Assembly: GCF_001194135.2 (NCBI RefSeq)
Contig: NC_068981.1
Location: forward strand, 90,753,314 to 90,817,313
Length of the DNA stretch: 64,000 bases
DNA from: Octopus bimaculoides
Taxonomy: Eukaryota
Reading direction: 5' to 3'
In this document: positions 1 to 14,095 of the stretch, piece by piece
How the letters are laid out: the number at the start of each line of letters is the position of its first letter
How positions within the stretch are numbered: the stretch's first letter is position 1
Program-made: the position numbers and the translations under genes
Notes under the pieces: generated by a model
Seen by the model: only the letters and a program-made list of their open reading frames with translations
What the model was told of the DNA's origin: nothing
The model's database searches: none

Positions 1-396
1 ATTCTCTCTCCTACACTGTCTTCCAACACGAAATACCTCGAGTCTTTGGTCCTCACGGCGCAGAACATTGGCAAATCTTTTCTTATATGTGTGTGTGTGT
101 GTATGTATTTGTGTGTTTGTGTTTGTCCCCCCAACATTGCTTGACAACCAGTGCTGGTGTGTTTATGTTCCTGTAACTTAGCGGTTCGGCAAAAGAGACC
201 AATAGAATAAGTACTAGGCTTACAAAGAATAAGTCCTGGGGTCGATTTCTTCGACTAAAGGCGGTGCTCCAGCATGGCCACAGTCAAAAGACTGAAACAA
301 GTAAAAGAGTAAAGAGAGTTGACTGTAGAGATAGAAGTGTGCATAAGTGATCTCTAGAAGTTGTGAAACAAATGCATTTGGAAAAGTGGTATACAT

Positions 397-1203
397 TAGT
401 GGTTCTTAACCGGAGTGCATATGAGATTTTGCAGGGTCCATGCAAGCAAAATTAGTAATTTGGGGATCTATGGAAATATTTAAGGGGGTCATGAAAAAAT
501 TTTGCTTTAGATGTATTTATTGCAAGAAACAACTTGGTTTCTTTCTCTAATACTTAACATAGTTCAACATGTTTCTGACCTCTGAAACGCATTCTCTCAG
601 AGAGTTCTGTTGCATGTGAATGTGTGAATAACTCTTTACTCTTTTACTTGTTTCAGTCATTTGACTGTGGCCATGCTGGAGCACCGCCTTTTAGTCGAAC
701 TAATCGACCCCAGGACTTATTCTTTGTAAGCCTAGTACTTATTCTATTGGTCTCTTTTTGCCGAACCGCTAAGTTACGGGGATGTAGACACACCAGCATC
801 GGTTGTCAAATGATGTTGGAGGGACAAACACAGACACACAAACATATACACACACATACATATACATATATATACATATATACGACAGGCTTCTTTCAGT
901 TTCCGTCTACCAAATCCACTCACAAGGCTTTGGTCGGCCCGAGGCTATAGTAGAAGACACTTGCCCAAGGTGCCACGAAGTTGGACTGAACCCAGAACCT
1001 TGTGGTTGGTAAGCAAGCTACTTACCACACAGCCACTCCTACGCTTAAATAGGAATTTTGCAAAGAGTATGTATAAAACTAGTTTTTAAATATCGGATAG
1101 CTAAGTGGGGGGAACCAAAGTAAAATGGTAATCTGGAGGGGTGGGGTAGGCAAAAGAAAAACAAAACAAAACAACAAAACAAAAAGACAATGATTGAGAA
1201 CTG
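397..1203 (+). mobile_element. Non-autonomous hAT-type MITE interrupted by a SINE at about 632-1042
   Basis: Ends TAGTGGTTCTTAACC and ATTGAGAACTG; flanks GTATACAT/GTATAGAT (7/8 match, 8-bp TSD); internal sequence resembles the copy at 38759. Confidence 0.65.
632..1042 (-). mobile_element. SINE family B (tRNA-like head, MIR/CORE-like segment, internal (AT)n(GT)n), full length
   Basis: Reverse complement of GTAGGAGTGGCTGTGTGGTAAG...GGCACCTTGGGCAAGTGTCTTC...GACTGAAACAAGTAAAAGAG; more than 15 related copies in the window. Confidence 0.9.
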
Positions 1204-1300
1204 GTATAGATTTCAATATATTGTTGTTTGAATATGCATTCACATCCTGATTAATTAATAGCTAGATAAAGTAGGTTATGATGTGTTGATCCCCCCCCCC

Positions 1301-2214
1301 NNNNNNNNNNNNNNNNNNNNNNNNNNNNNNNNNNNNNNNNNNNNNNNNNNNNNNNNNNNNNNNNNNNNNNNNNNNNNNNNNNNNNNNNNNNNNNNNNNNN
1401 NNNNNNNNNNNNNNNNNNNNNNNNNNNNNNNNNNNNNNNNNNNNNNNNNNNNNNNNNNNNNNNNNNNNNNNNNNNNNNNNNNNNNNNNNNNNNNNNNNNN
1501 NNNNNNNNNNNNNNNNNNNNNNNNNNNNNNNNNNNNNNNNNNNNNNNNNNNNNNNNNNNNNNNNNNNNNNNNNNNNNNNNNNNNNNNNNNNNNNNNNNNN
1601 NNNNNNNNNNNNNNNNNNNNNNNNNNNNNNNNNNNNNNNNNNNNNNNNNNNNNNNNNNNNNNNNNNNNNNNNNNNNNNNNNNNNNNNNNNNNNNNNNNNN
1701 NNNNNNNNNNNNNNNNNNNNNNNNNNNNNNNNNNNNNNNNNNNNNNNNNNNNNNNNNNNNNNNNNNNNNNNNNNNNNNNNNNNNNNNNNNNNNNNNNNNN
1801 NNNNNNNNNNNNNNNNNNNNNNNNNNNNNNNNNNNNNNNNNNNNNNNNNNNNNNNNNNNNNNNNNNNNNNNNNNNNNNNNNNNNNNNNNNNNNNNNNNNN
1901 NNNNNNNNNNNNNNNNNNNNNNNNNNNNNNNNNNNNNNNNNNNNNNNNNNNNNNNNNNNNNNNNNNNNNNNNNNNNNNNNNNNNNNNNNNNNNNNNNNNN
2001 NNNNNNNNNNNNNNNNNNNNNNNNNNNNNNNNNNNNNNNNNNNNNNNNNNNNNNNNNNNNNNNNNNNNNNNNNNNNNNNNNNNNNNNNNNNNNNNNNNNN
2101 NNNNNNNNNNNNNNNNNNNNNNNNNNNNNNNNNNNNNNNNNNNNNNNNNNNNNNNNNNNNNNNNNNNNNNNNNNNNNNNNNNNNNNNNNNNNNNNNNNNN
2201 NNNNNNNNNNNNNN
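1301..2214. other. Assembly gap (others at about 19918-20480, 40864-41575, 45733-45950, 46872-47583, 48647-49014 and 63561-63856, plus four 10-N gaps)
   Basis: Runs of N. Confidence 0.99.
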
Positions 2215-2304
2215 NTATAGATTATGCCTAACTGGAAACAATCACAGCCACATCATCCAAACAGACCAGGTGAAACTGGGTTTAGCTGCTAGTGTATATA
2301 TATA

Positions 2305-2465
2305 TCATCATCATCATCATCATCGTTTAACGTCCGCTTTCCATGCTAGCATGGGTTGGACGATTTGACTGAGGACTGGTGAAACCGGATGGCAACACCA
2401 GGCTCCAATCTAAATTTGGCAGAGTTTCTACAGCTGGATGCCCTTCCTAACGCCAACCACTCAGA
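2305..2465 (-). mobile_element. Retroposon family C (3' end with (TGA)n tail, probably RTE-related)
   Basis: CATCATCATCGTTTAACGTCCGCTTTCCATGCTAGCATGGGTTGGACG...GGATGCCCTTCCTAACGCCAACC recurs at about 10225, 11168, 24535, 48520 and 60990, and on the opposite strand at about 26140-26355, 42960-43160 and 50440-50700. Confidence 0.8.
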
Positions 2466-3042
2466 TATATATCCATGTGTGTGTTCCTCAGCACTGCCTG
2501 ATAATCAGTGTTGGTTTGTTTATGTTCCTGTAACTTAGCACTTCAACAACAAAGACTAGCGGAGTAAGTACTGGGCTTTTTTAAAAAAAAGCACTGGGAT
2601 CATTTTGTTCAACTAAATCCTTCAAGAACACACACACACACACACATACATCATATGCATGTAGGTTTGCTTATGCATTTGTAGTTTAATTTATGTGTGC
2701 ATCTTGCTTACAGACTTACACTATGGAAGTAAATATGTGTATATAATGGTCAATATATTTGCCTAATATTTATGTATAATTCTTTGTGTGTGTGTGTGTG
2801 TGTGGGTGGGTGTGTGGGTTGGTGTGTGTGTGTGTGTGTGTGTGTTTGCAATATCTGTGTATATTTAGGAATGAACGTGTTAGTGTATGAACATGTATGT
2901 TTGTGTCTTTTTGTGTGTATCTTTGTCCTTTCTTTTCCTATACTTACTGGGTCTCTAGAGAGAGACACACACACACACAGAGTCTCTATGGCCTGCACAG
3001 ACTATTAAATACGCAGAAATTAAATTAACAAAACCTTCGCTC

Positions 3043-3778
3043 AAGTCTTTGTGACAGACAGTTATTTCATGTGAAAGCAACAATGTTTTCTTAAGAAATA
3101 ACCTAACTATATGGTTGTTATTTTTTTCTTCTTCTGTATTTCAATGATCAAATATTTTGAACTGTTCAGTTTGAACACAATGAGGCACGTTTTCACATTT
3201 AGACTAAAGGTCTGTCTCAGTCTGTCTGCTTGCCTGCCTGTCAGTATCTGTCTGTTTGTTCATTTTGCTGTCAGTTTTAATTTTTCTTTGCCAATTTCAA
3301 TTTTTTAAGATATTGACTGAAAGTCAGGCAAACTGGTAGACAGTACCATATACAGACAGGTAGAAAAGATAAACAGATAGATAGATAGGTAGGTAGAGAG
3401 AGAGAGAGAGAGTGAAGACATTGGAAAGATGAAAGCTGGGAACAGAAAAAACCTGTAGACAGTAACATATACAGAGAGACAAACAGAAAAAGCAAGACAA
3501 GAAAACTATCAGACAGGTACATATATACAGACAGCCAGCCACAGACTCAGGGAGACAAATAAATAAGTAGATAGTGATAAACACTGACAGACAAGCACAA
3601 AAGACTGATAGATAGAGAGAGATAGATAGATAGATAGATAGAGATAACGTCCTGTACCCGAATATGCATCTATATACACATGTAGATGTAAGTATGTACA
3701 TATATGTGTGTATGCATGCTTATATATCCGTTGTATTATTATATCATCGAACGCATGCGTCCATTTGCAAGTAAGTTT

Positions 3779-3873
<95 letters not shown>

Positions 3874-4403
3874 AACAAATGAGCAGACAGCCAGTAACAG
3901 ACTCTGAGAAACATAACCAACAAACATAAACAGATTGAAAAGACAAGAACAGACCAGCAGAAAAGTCAGAGACAGACTGGCAAAAAAGATGGACAGACCA
4001 GCAGAAAAGACAAGGACAAACTGGCAGAAGAGACAGGGACAGTCCAACAGAAAAGACAGGGACAGTCCAACAGAAAAGACAGGGACAGACCAGAAAAGAC
4101 AGGGACAGACTCCAGAGAGACCATAAAGATAACTAACAACAACAGACAAAGCTAACTGATATGCAGTTTGAGAGGCAAACAGAGAAACCAAAGGACACTT
4201 GAAACATACATGTTTAGTTTAAATGCGAAAACATGTTACTGTGTGTTCATACTGATCAACAGTCTAAACTAATTGACCGTTGAAATATAGAAGAAAAAAC
4301 AGCAACTGAATGTAAAAATACCCAACTATTAATTAGGTTTTTTAAGAAAACATTGTTGCTTTCACATGAAATGACTGTCAAATCAATATAACAATAAAGA
4401 CTT
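3043..4403. mobile_element. Fold-back/MITE-like element with degenerate inverted arms of about 170-190 bp and an internal GACAG-rich minisatellite
   Basis: 3064-3094 is the perfect reverse complement of 4342-4372 (31 nt); looser similarity extends over 3043-3208 vs 4213-4403. Confidence 0.6.
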
Positions 4404-4453
4404 GATGGAATGTTGTGTTAATTTTATTTTTCATGTGTGTGTATATGTATGTT

Positions 4454-4499
<46 letters not shown>

Positions 4500-5071
4500 C
4501 GCACACACTCACACACACACAAACGTGTCTGTATATATTATATACATACACTCTAGATAAAAACATATTCAAGATTAACATACAGATGCAAACACGCAAA
4601 CATATATATGTACACAAACACATTACACATACATGCATACAAACACATATACACAAGCACACACACACACAAGTCCACTGATATGCACACACACACACAG
4701 AAAAACATACTTGCATAGAGAAATATACACACATATACACACATACAAATGCACTTAGGTTACAATTATGCACGAACATGCCCTTAATATATAAATTCTT
4801 TTATCTCCCCTAACAATGGAAAAAAAAAAAAAAAGGAAGGGCCATCCAATTGATTGACAACACATTTCTGGCCTGAAAATCTACTCTCTCTTCATTCTGC
4901 TTTTTTTCTGCACTCACTACCTACAATTAAGGTGATATTTCCCAACATCCAGACATATTTCCATGGAAGATTGGAAATGATAGACACTGCTTGTATGACA
5001 GTCGCTTTCATTTACAACTATCATATGATGTCAAGGCAAAGACGCACACACACACATGCACACACACATAC

Positions 5072-6080
5072 ATGATGGGCTTCTTTCAGTTTCCATCTAC
5101 TAATTTCACTCACAAGTCTTTGGTTGGTCTGGGGATATAGTAGAAGATATCTGCCCAAGATGCCATACAGTGGGTCTGACCCTGAAACCATGTGGTTGCG
5201 AAGCAAACTTCTTACCACATAACCAAACCTGCACCCTGCATATATATACGTTTGTATGTAGGTATGTATTTTATTCTTTTGATTGGTTCAGTCATTTGAC
5301 TGTGGCCATGCTAGAGCACTACCTTTTAAGGGTTTTTTTTAGTTGAAGAAATCGACCCTAGGACTTATTCTTTGTAAGCTTAGTACTTATTCTGTTGGTC
5401 TCATTTGCTGACTCACTAAGTTACAGGGACATAAACACACAAACATCAGTTGTCAAGTGATGGTGGGGGGACAAACGCAGACACAAAGACACACATACAC
5501 ACACATAAATATATACATATATATATATATAAGAGTGGCTGTGTGTAAGTAGCTTGCTTACCAACCTCATGGTCTCGGGTTCAGTCCCACTGCGTAGCAC
5601 CTTGGGCAAGTGTCTTCTACTATAGCTTCGGGCCGACCAAAGCCTTGTGAGTGGATTTGGTAGATGGAAACTGGAAGAGACCCGTCGTATATGTATATAT
5701 ATGTATATGTATGTGTGTGTATATGTTGGTGTGTCTGTTTGTCCCACATTGTTTGACAACTGACGTTGGTGTGTTTACGTCCCCGTAACTTAGCGTTTCG
5801 GTAAAAGAGACCGATAGAATAAGTACTATGCTTACAAAGAATAAGTGCTGGGGTCGATTTGCTCGACTAAAGGCGGTACTCCAGCATGGCTGCAGTCAGA
5901 TGACTGAAACAAGTAAAAGATATGCATATATATGATGGGCTTCTTTCAGTTTCTGTCTACCAAATCCATTCACAAGGCTTTGGTTAGCCTGAAGCTATAG
6001 CAGAAGACATTTGCCCAATGTGCCATGCGGAGGGACTGAACCCAGAACCATGTGGTTGGGAAGCAAGCTTCTTACTACAC
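5072..6080. mobile_element. Cluster of SINE family B pieces: minus 5' half, minus 3' half, plus full copy (5531-5919), minus 5' half
   Basis: Direct similarity to the other family B copies. Confidence 0.8.
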
Positions 6081-7375
6081 ATGTATGTTTGAATGTATGT
6101 ATGCATGCATGCACAATGAGTAGTGTTAAAAATATAAAAACAAAATTGTAATAAAATTTTTAAAAAATTAAAAATTTTTATCACTCTAATGCTAAAATAA
6201 ATCCCTCATGTCAACATAGAAGATGAACGAATGTTAAAAACTGATATGTATGTGTATAAGTTTACACATATATGTACATCTGTATACACATATTCACACA
6301 CAACGTGTATGTGTGTATGTACAAACGTATATCACAATCTCTCTCAATATCTCAGAGGATGGAAGCAGTGTTGGCAATCATTCAAACTATCTCTCTCTCC
6401 CCTCTCCCCCCTTAGTGATCATCTGTATGGCTTCTGAGGAGTAGATTTACTTGAGACCTACTTTTGTCACACCCGCACGCACGCATGCATGCACGCACAT
6501 ACACACAATTTGACACCTTTTAAAACTTCAGTGAAATAAATCTCCATTGCACTTGATGTTAGCAAAGCTAGCAGCATTGCTTTCAAACAAATTACTGCTA
6601 CAAACCAATGATTGGATTCCTTCATAAGAAGTCAATCAGCTAGAAATAACAGCCAAATATCCATTCATCCTTGTCATACAATTTTGATATCTTTTATCTT
6701 TTCTTTTACTTGTTTCAGTAATTTGACTCTGGCTATGCTGGGGCATGGCCTTGAAGGGTTTGTTAACCAAACAAATCAACCCCAGGACTTTGTTTTTTAA
6801 GCGTAGTACTTATTCTGTTGGTCACAAATACATAAAAACACCAACTCTCTCAAGTGGTAGTGAGGGGACAAACACAGACACAAAGACACACACACTAATT
6901 GATTGACCTACTAATTGATTGATTGCTTAATCAATTGTTTAATCAATCAATAATTTGTTTGTAAAAGTCCTTTCATCATTTGTGACCTCATCAATGACAT
7001 ACCCTCTCTACTCCAGGCCAGCTTCAAATCTGAGACAGATTTGAAGAACTTTGACAAGCAACTGATTGAGTGATTAACCAAATGTTTACTCAAATAATCG
7101 ATTACTTAGTTGGTTAAATAATTAATCAACTGACTAATACAAAAAAGATGAAAGGGATAGTCACAACAGAAAAACTTTTGACCATTGACTTGATTGATCA
7201 GGGTTGACTTGTTGCTAAGGGTAAAGGGTAACGGTCTCCTTTGGCCATGAATAACCATGGGATTGCGCCTAGAAAGTTTCTATCTCAGGCACAAGTCCAG
7301 GCAAGGTTTATGAAAGACTGGCAGCTGTCCATGCATACCAGCCTCCCCTGGTCACCACACACACACACACACACG

Positions 7376-7408
<33 letters not shown>

Positions 7409-7418
7409 ACGCACACGC

Positions 7419-7460
<42 letters not shown>

Positions 7461-7956
7461 GGTGCTAGCATGAGTATAGGAGCAAACATGGTTGTATGGT
7501 TAGAAGTTTGTATTCCAACCACACAGTTCCAAGTTTAGTTCCACTGTGTGGCCTCTTGGGCCAGTGTCTTCTACTATAGCCCCATGCCAACCAAAGCCTT
7601 GTGATTTGATTTATTTGACAGAAACTGAAAGAAGCCCAATGTGTGTATGTGTTTGAATCTTGTTGTTTTGAGATCATGTAATAGTTGTGTAAATGATTGA
7701 CACTGTCATACCAACTGTGTCATTCATTTCTAGTATTCTCTGAGAACATGTCTGGTCATGGGGAAATATTACCTTGCTGGGAAATAGGTGAAAATTGGTG
7801 AGAGAGCAAGGACATCCAGCTGTAGAAAATCCATCTCAACAAATTCTGTTTAATCCATGCAAGCATAGAAAAGAGAATGTTAAAACAATGATGTTACACA
7901 TTTAGATGTGAGATTCTTTGTGTGAATATGCAAGACAAACTCATATTACAGAGGTT

Positions 7957-8169
7957 ACTTTCTTTTACTCTTTTACTTGTTTCAGTCATTTGACTGCAGC
8001 CATACTGGAGCACCGCCTTTAGTCGAATAAATCGAACCCAGGACTTATTCTTTGTAAGCCTAGTAATTATTCTATCGGTCTCTTGCTGAACCGCTAAGTG
8101 ACAGGGACATAAACACACCAGCATTGGTTGTCAAGCAATGCTAGGGGGACAAACACAGACACACACACA

Positions 8170-8235
<66 letters not shown>

Positions 8236-8400
8236 NNNNNNNNNNGCTTCTTTCAGTTTCCGTCTACCAAATCCACTCACAAGGCTTTGGTTGGCCCGAG
8301 GCTATAGTAGAAGACACTTGCCCAAGATGCCACGCAGTGGGACTGAACCCGGAACCATGTGGTTGGTAAGCAAGCTACTTACCACACAGCCACTCCTGCG
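7957..8400 (-). mobile_element. SINE family B, full length
   Basis: Same head, core and tail as 632-1042. Confidence 0.9.
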
Positions 8401-9135
8401 CCTTAATTCTTGAATTAATTTATAAAATTTAGTTGATTAATGTTTTTTGGGTTTTTTTTAACTAGCATGATTTTTTTTAAAGCACAGCTAATGGAAGTAT
8501 ATTTTAAATGCATTTGACTTCACAATATTTATGTCAGCATTATCAAATTCTGTTTAGCTGACTTTCTCTTTAGAAGATAATTTAGATCAGTGACTATCAG
8601 TTTCTGTTTATGCCTTTCCACTTTTAGAAATGTTATTAGTTGGTGGTGGTGGTGGGGTCTACTTTGCATCTTGCAGTGTTTATTAATCACAGCTGCATCA
8701 TATAAAAATGTTTGTGATAGTTAAAACAAAAAGAAAAAGCACCATATATAAATGTAGATAAAATTGTATATTAACATTCAAAATTCTATAAAGACCTAAG
8801 AACTACAACAAATTAACTTCAGTAAGATGTACTTTGTTTTGAAAAAAAAAAATTCTTAGAAATAGAATATCAAAAAGTATTATAATTAGCACTTTATTCA
8901 ATGTGCTTTGTGGATTATACAAACTTGTTTTTCAATAGTTGGCTGCAGTGTTTATTAATGCCAAATGAAGATAACTTCTTTTTATAATATGAAGTTGTGA
9001 GCGTTTTTATAGGATGTAAATCATTCCACTAGAGCCATATGCAGCAAGAAGTGGGAAAAGCAGTAAGATATGACTCATGTTGCTTTTTTTGGTGGAGTGA
9101 GTGGAGTTGTCAAGTGTCTTTATAAAGTTATCATA

Positions 9136-9556
9136 TAGGCACAGGCATGGCTGTATGGTAAGAGGCTTGCTTCTCAACCATATGGTTCTGGGTTCAGTTC
9201 CACTACATGGCACCTTGGGCAAGCGTCTTTTATAGCTGTGGGCCGACCAAAGCCTTGTGAGTGGATTTGGTAGATGGAAACTGAAAGAAGCCTGTTGTAT
9301 ATATATATATGTATAAATCTATGTGTGTGTGTCTTTGTGTCTGTGTTTGCCCCCCCCCCCCATCACCATTTGCCAATCAGTGTTGGTGTGTTTATGTCCC
9401 TGTAACTTAGCAGTTTGGCAAAAGAGATTGATAGAATAAGTACTAGGCTTACTAAGAATAAGTCCAGGGATTGATTTCTTCGACTAAAAACCCTTAAGGG
9501 TGGTGCTCCAGCATGGCTGCAGTTGGATGACTGAAACAAGTAAAAGAATAAAAGAA
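9136..9556 (+). mobile_element. SINE family B, full length
   Basis: GGCATGGCTGTATGGTAAG head through GACTGAAACAAGTAAAAGAATAAAAGAA tail. Confidence 0.88.
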
Positions 9557-9965
9557 TATATTATTTCTGTCTTGGTAATAAATCAAATTCAGTTGTCTTG
9601 CTGACTCTATTTTGGTTAGGGGCTTTTTAACTGGGTTTAGAGAATTTGGTTGTGGCGAAGGAAATTCCAGCACAAAACAGTTGTCAATTTCGTTAATTTG
9701 TCCATTTACTCCGGGGAGATCAGAATCTATGATTAGAGCCTGTCCTTTATCTGGGCAACAACAAAAAATTTATCTAATTGCTTTTGATAATTGTAATTGC
9801 ATGTAAAAAAGCAAAATCACTGAAATTGGTCTGAATGATATATTAAACAGATGCCAGTATTATGGAATTGTTCATAGTTGTTCAGTGGCTAGAATGACAA
9901 GATAAGGATTTGAATAAATGCCTAGCAATGCAAACAAGACAAATAAAGTCGGTGGGAAGGAACTA

Positions 9966-10003
<38 letters not shown>

Positions 10004-10013
10004 NNNNNNNNNN

Positions 10014-10050
<37 letters not shown>

Positions 10051-10224
10051 CAGTGCTGTCTTAAGGCATGGGCACTATGGGCTGCTGTCCAGGATGCAGT
10101 GGGGACTCTGGGATCTAAGGGTCCAATTCTAATCAAAGTATGCTGTGTCTTGTTAAATACTATAGAGCTCAGTGCATTGATTTGCTCAGGAGCCTATAAT
10201 TCTGCTAAGATAATCCTCTCTCTC

Positions 10225-10255
<31 letters not shown>

Positions 10256-11089
10256 GATCATTGTTTAACATCCGCTTTCCATGCTAGCATGGGTTGGACG
10301 ATTTGACTGAGGACTGGCGAACCAGTTGGCTGCACCAGGCTCTAATCTGACCTGGCAGAGTTTCTACCGCTGGATGCCCTTCCTAACGCCAACTACTCCG
10401 AGAGTGTAGTGTGTGCTTTTACATGCCACCGGCACGAAGGCCAGTCAGGAGGTATATAATTTTTAAAAAAAGGAGTCCGTGAAGAAACGGGATGTGGTTT
10501 GGAGGCATATGTTAGTGTAACATGACCATGGATCAAGGATTTGCACCTAGAACATTTTGCTTAAGGCTTGTTGGTAGAGTAGCATCTACTGTGACTGTAG
10601 AGATCCACATGTGAGTGACTAGCTACAGTGACTGTATTTGAATGCATCGTTTACCATTCTTGTACCAAATGGAGAAGGAACTATTTTTGTTGTTTTTTTT
10701 TTCTGTTGATTTTGTTTTTCTTTATCAGTAAACCATAGCCTCTCCTATTTTCAGTTCTGAAAAACATGTACAGATCTTAATGCTCCCGTCTAACAACAAG
10801 GATGCTCAAACATTGGAGGCATTGTTATTGCAGTGGGATGAGAAGGCTTTTTCAGTCCACTTGATATCCAGGATCCATCTGGGGTTGCAAAGGTGAAAAA
10901 CTTTGAGACATGACTCTTGTTTGAAGTACATCAGATCTCACTGCCATTAAGAAGTGTGCTAAGCAAACAAGCCTTGTAAATTATAACATTGATGTGCACT
11001 ATTAGCTTACTATTCTTTCAGGCTCATTGTCAGTCTAGTTAGTGTTGAGATTGCTCTTCTGATACCTCTGTTGATCTCAGACTCTAAAG

Positions 11090-11823
11090 CAATGGTTTCA
11101 ACCAGACTTCATATGACCCTTGGTTGCAGGGTAGAGTCCATATAAGATTTTGTTGTTAAAGTTTATGTGCAATAAACTGGTAATACTTCTACAACATACA
11201 ATTTCTAATCATCATCATTATCGTCCGCTTTCCGTGCTGGCATGGGTTGGATGATTTGACTGAGGACTGGCGAGCCAGATGGCTACACCAGACTCCAATC
11301 TGATCTGGTAGAGTTTCTACAGCTGGATGCCCATCACGTGCCACGAGGGCCAGTCAGGCAGTACTGGCAACGGCCATGCTCAAATGGTATTTTTTACATG
11401 CCACCTGCACAGGAACCAGTCCAGCGGCACTGGCAACGACCTCACTTGAATATTGTTTTTCATGTGCCACCAGCACAAGTGCCAGTAAGGCGATGCTGGT
11501 AATGATCATGCTTGAATGGTGCTTTTTACATGCCACTGGCATGGGAACCAGTCAGCAGCCCTGGCAATGATCACGCTCGGATGGTGCTCTTAGCGCTCCA
11601 CTAGCACAGATGCCAGTCATGCGGTGCTGTCATCAAATTTGATTTCTATTTTGATTTCACTTGCCTCAACAGGTCTTCGCAAACAGAATTTAGTGTCCAA
11701 TGAAGGAAAATAAAAATATAAAAATATAATGGGATATTTTTAAACATCAAATGCCTATGAGAGTGCATCTGAGTAAAATAGGTATCAAAGAGCCCATAAG
11801 ACAAAAATGGTTGATAAACACTG
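11090..11823 (+). mobile_element. hAT-type MITE with nested family C retroposon (about 11168-11700)
   Basis: Ends CAATGGTTTCAACC and GGTTGATAAACACTG; flanks CTCTAAAG/CTCCAGAG (6/8 match). Confidence 0.6.
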
Positions 11824-12845
11824 CTCCAGAGAGAGATTGTCTGTGATGGTAGAGTTGTGGTATGTGAACTTGTGGATTACCTCCAGCTTACTGTTGTTGA
11901 CAGTAATGGTAAATGAGTATTTAACAGCTTTGCCCTGCAATTTTATATTCTTTTGATTGTGTGTGTGTTTGTGTCTTTGGGATTTACTCAAGTTTTTTTT
12001 TTCCTTTTCAGATTTGAGCCATCTGCTATCAAAGTGATGAAAGTCTTGTTTAAGCCAAGACAGTGTGTGTGTGTGTATGTTTGTTTATTCCATATGTTCA
12101 TGTAATTGTGTGCATGTGTTCACTCCAGGGACCTCAAAAGTAGAATCTCTGGAAAGTTTTACTAATTTTTCCCTGTGATACTAATGAATTGTATTTGGAG
12201 GATGTGAATCAGTTTCCTTTGTTCTTTCTTGGAGAACACCTGCATTTCTAAGATTTCATGCAAATACATAGTCTAGTGTATTTATGATAATGAAAAACAA
12301 ATGAAATTCTATATCCTTGACATAAGAGCTGTAAATTTTCCAAAGCTGTTCTTTTATACTTATTTTTGACAAGATTTATTCACCAGGCAGCTGAGTGTTT
12401 CAGTAGAGCATGTTTTGCTCCCTGCCCCAAAGAGCAATATCTAACCTATGTTTTTGATTCAGGGCTGGTGTTTTTGCCAGAAAATTACATCGGTATTTTT
12501 TAGTTTTAAAGCTGTAGATACATTCTGGTCCTAGTGTACCTTTGGTATGACCATTAAGATAATACTTTTTTAGAATAGCATTATAGATTGTTTTAGTGAT
12601 AGTGCTGTGTTTCAAAGTAATGATATCTTGTAGACATGTTTGGGAGTTTAATACAACACTTCAAAATAAGTGCTTGGAACTTGTATGAAAATATGACAAG
12701 AACCAATTATTTTTCACAGTTGCTTTGAACGTGTATGTCCAGAAGATACTGCCTTTGCATGAAACAATACTGCCTCTGAAACCATCTACAATATTAGCCA
12801 CAAGAAATATGGTCCTGATGGCTGTATAATATATTTATATACATA

Positions 12846-12902
<57 letters not shown>

Positions 12903-12905
<3 letters not shown>

Positions 12906-13325
12906 TGCAGGCATGGCTGTGTGGTTAGAAGCTTGCTTTACAACCACATGGTCCCAGGTTCAGTCCCATTGCATGGCATCTTTGGAAAGTGTCTTCTACT
13001 ATAGCTTCAGACCAACCAAATCCACTCACAAAGCCTTGTGAGTGAATTTGGTAGACAAAAACTGAAAGAAGTCCGTCATATATAAATGTATGTATATATC
13101 TATGTGTGTGTGTGTGTGTCTGTATTTATCCCCTTATGACCCGCTTGACAACTGGTATTGGTGTGTTTATGTCCTCGTAACTTAGGAGCTTGGCCTAAGT
13201 GACTGATAGAATAAGTATTAAGCTTAAATAAATAAGCCTTGAGGTTAGTTTGTTCGACTAAAATCCTTCAAGGCAGTACTCTAGCATGGCCGCAGGCAAG
13301 TGACTAAAACAAATAAAATAATTAA
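12903..13325 (+). mobile_element. SINE family B, full length, diverged
   Basis: Same architecture as the other family B copies. Confidence 0.85.
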
Positions 13326-14056
13326 AGAATATATATATATATATATATAATGTACTGTTTCGTGATGGTAAGATCAACCCCCAAAATTATATTTTTATGT
13401 GTTACTAATAGTTTTATATGTTGAGAAATACCTCACATATTAATCAGGCACAAACTACATATAACAAACTAAAAATTAAATCAGAGAAGAAATGTAAAAT
13501 GTTGAGAAGGAAGCATATAGAAAATGTGAAAGATTAAAAAATGGAAAATGTAAAAGTAAAAAGTAAAATGTATAAGCTTCCTTCTCAACTTTTTGTGTTT
13601 CTTCTCTCATTCAATTTTTAGTTTTCTATATGTGGTTTGTGCTTGATGAATATGTTTGAGATATTTCTCAACATATGAATCTATTAGCACCACATAAAAA
13701 CATGCATCTATTAAATAATATCTATACATACATACTTGTGTGTGTGTACATATATTGTGTGTGTGTGTGTTTGTGTACATATATATTGTGTGTATGTGTG
13801 TGTTTGTTCACCAGTTTGTTGTGGTATAGCATGTTAGGGACAGCTCCCTCTTAGCACTGGTTGTTAAAACATCTGTAAGTCATAGACAAGTGAGATAACT
13901 CACCTCCAATCCCATTAAGGAGTGATGTATAACGATATTTTGCCATTTTGGGGCTTATCAATACCAAGTACACTGAGTATATGTGGTTGATTATATATAT
14001 ATATATATATACGTGTAGGCCACTTGGTTTTAAATTGAATTAATATTCAATTTATC

Positions 14057-14095
<39 letters not shown>

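Noticed and set aside
6545-6575. IALDVSKA reverse-transcriptase-like motif
   Set aside because: Only 8 residues with no extendable RT frame; too short to call.
10755-12065. Acceptor-like sites at 10754 and 12011 with short open frames
   Set aside because: No convincing donor in compatible phase and no rhomboid-like sequence.
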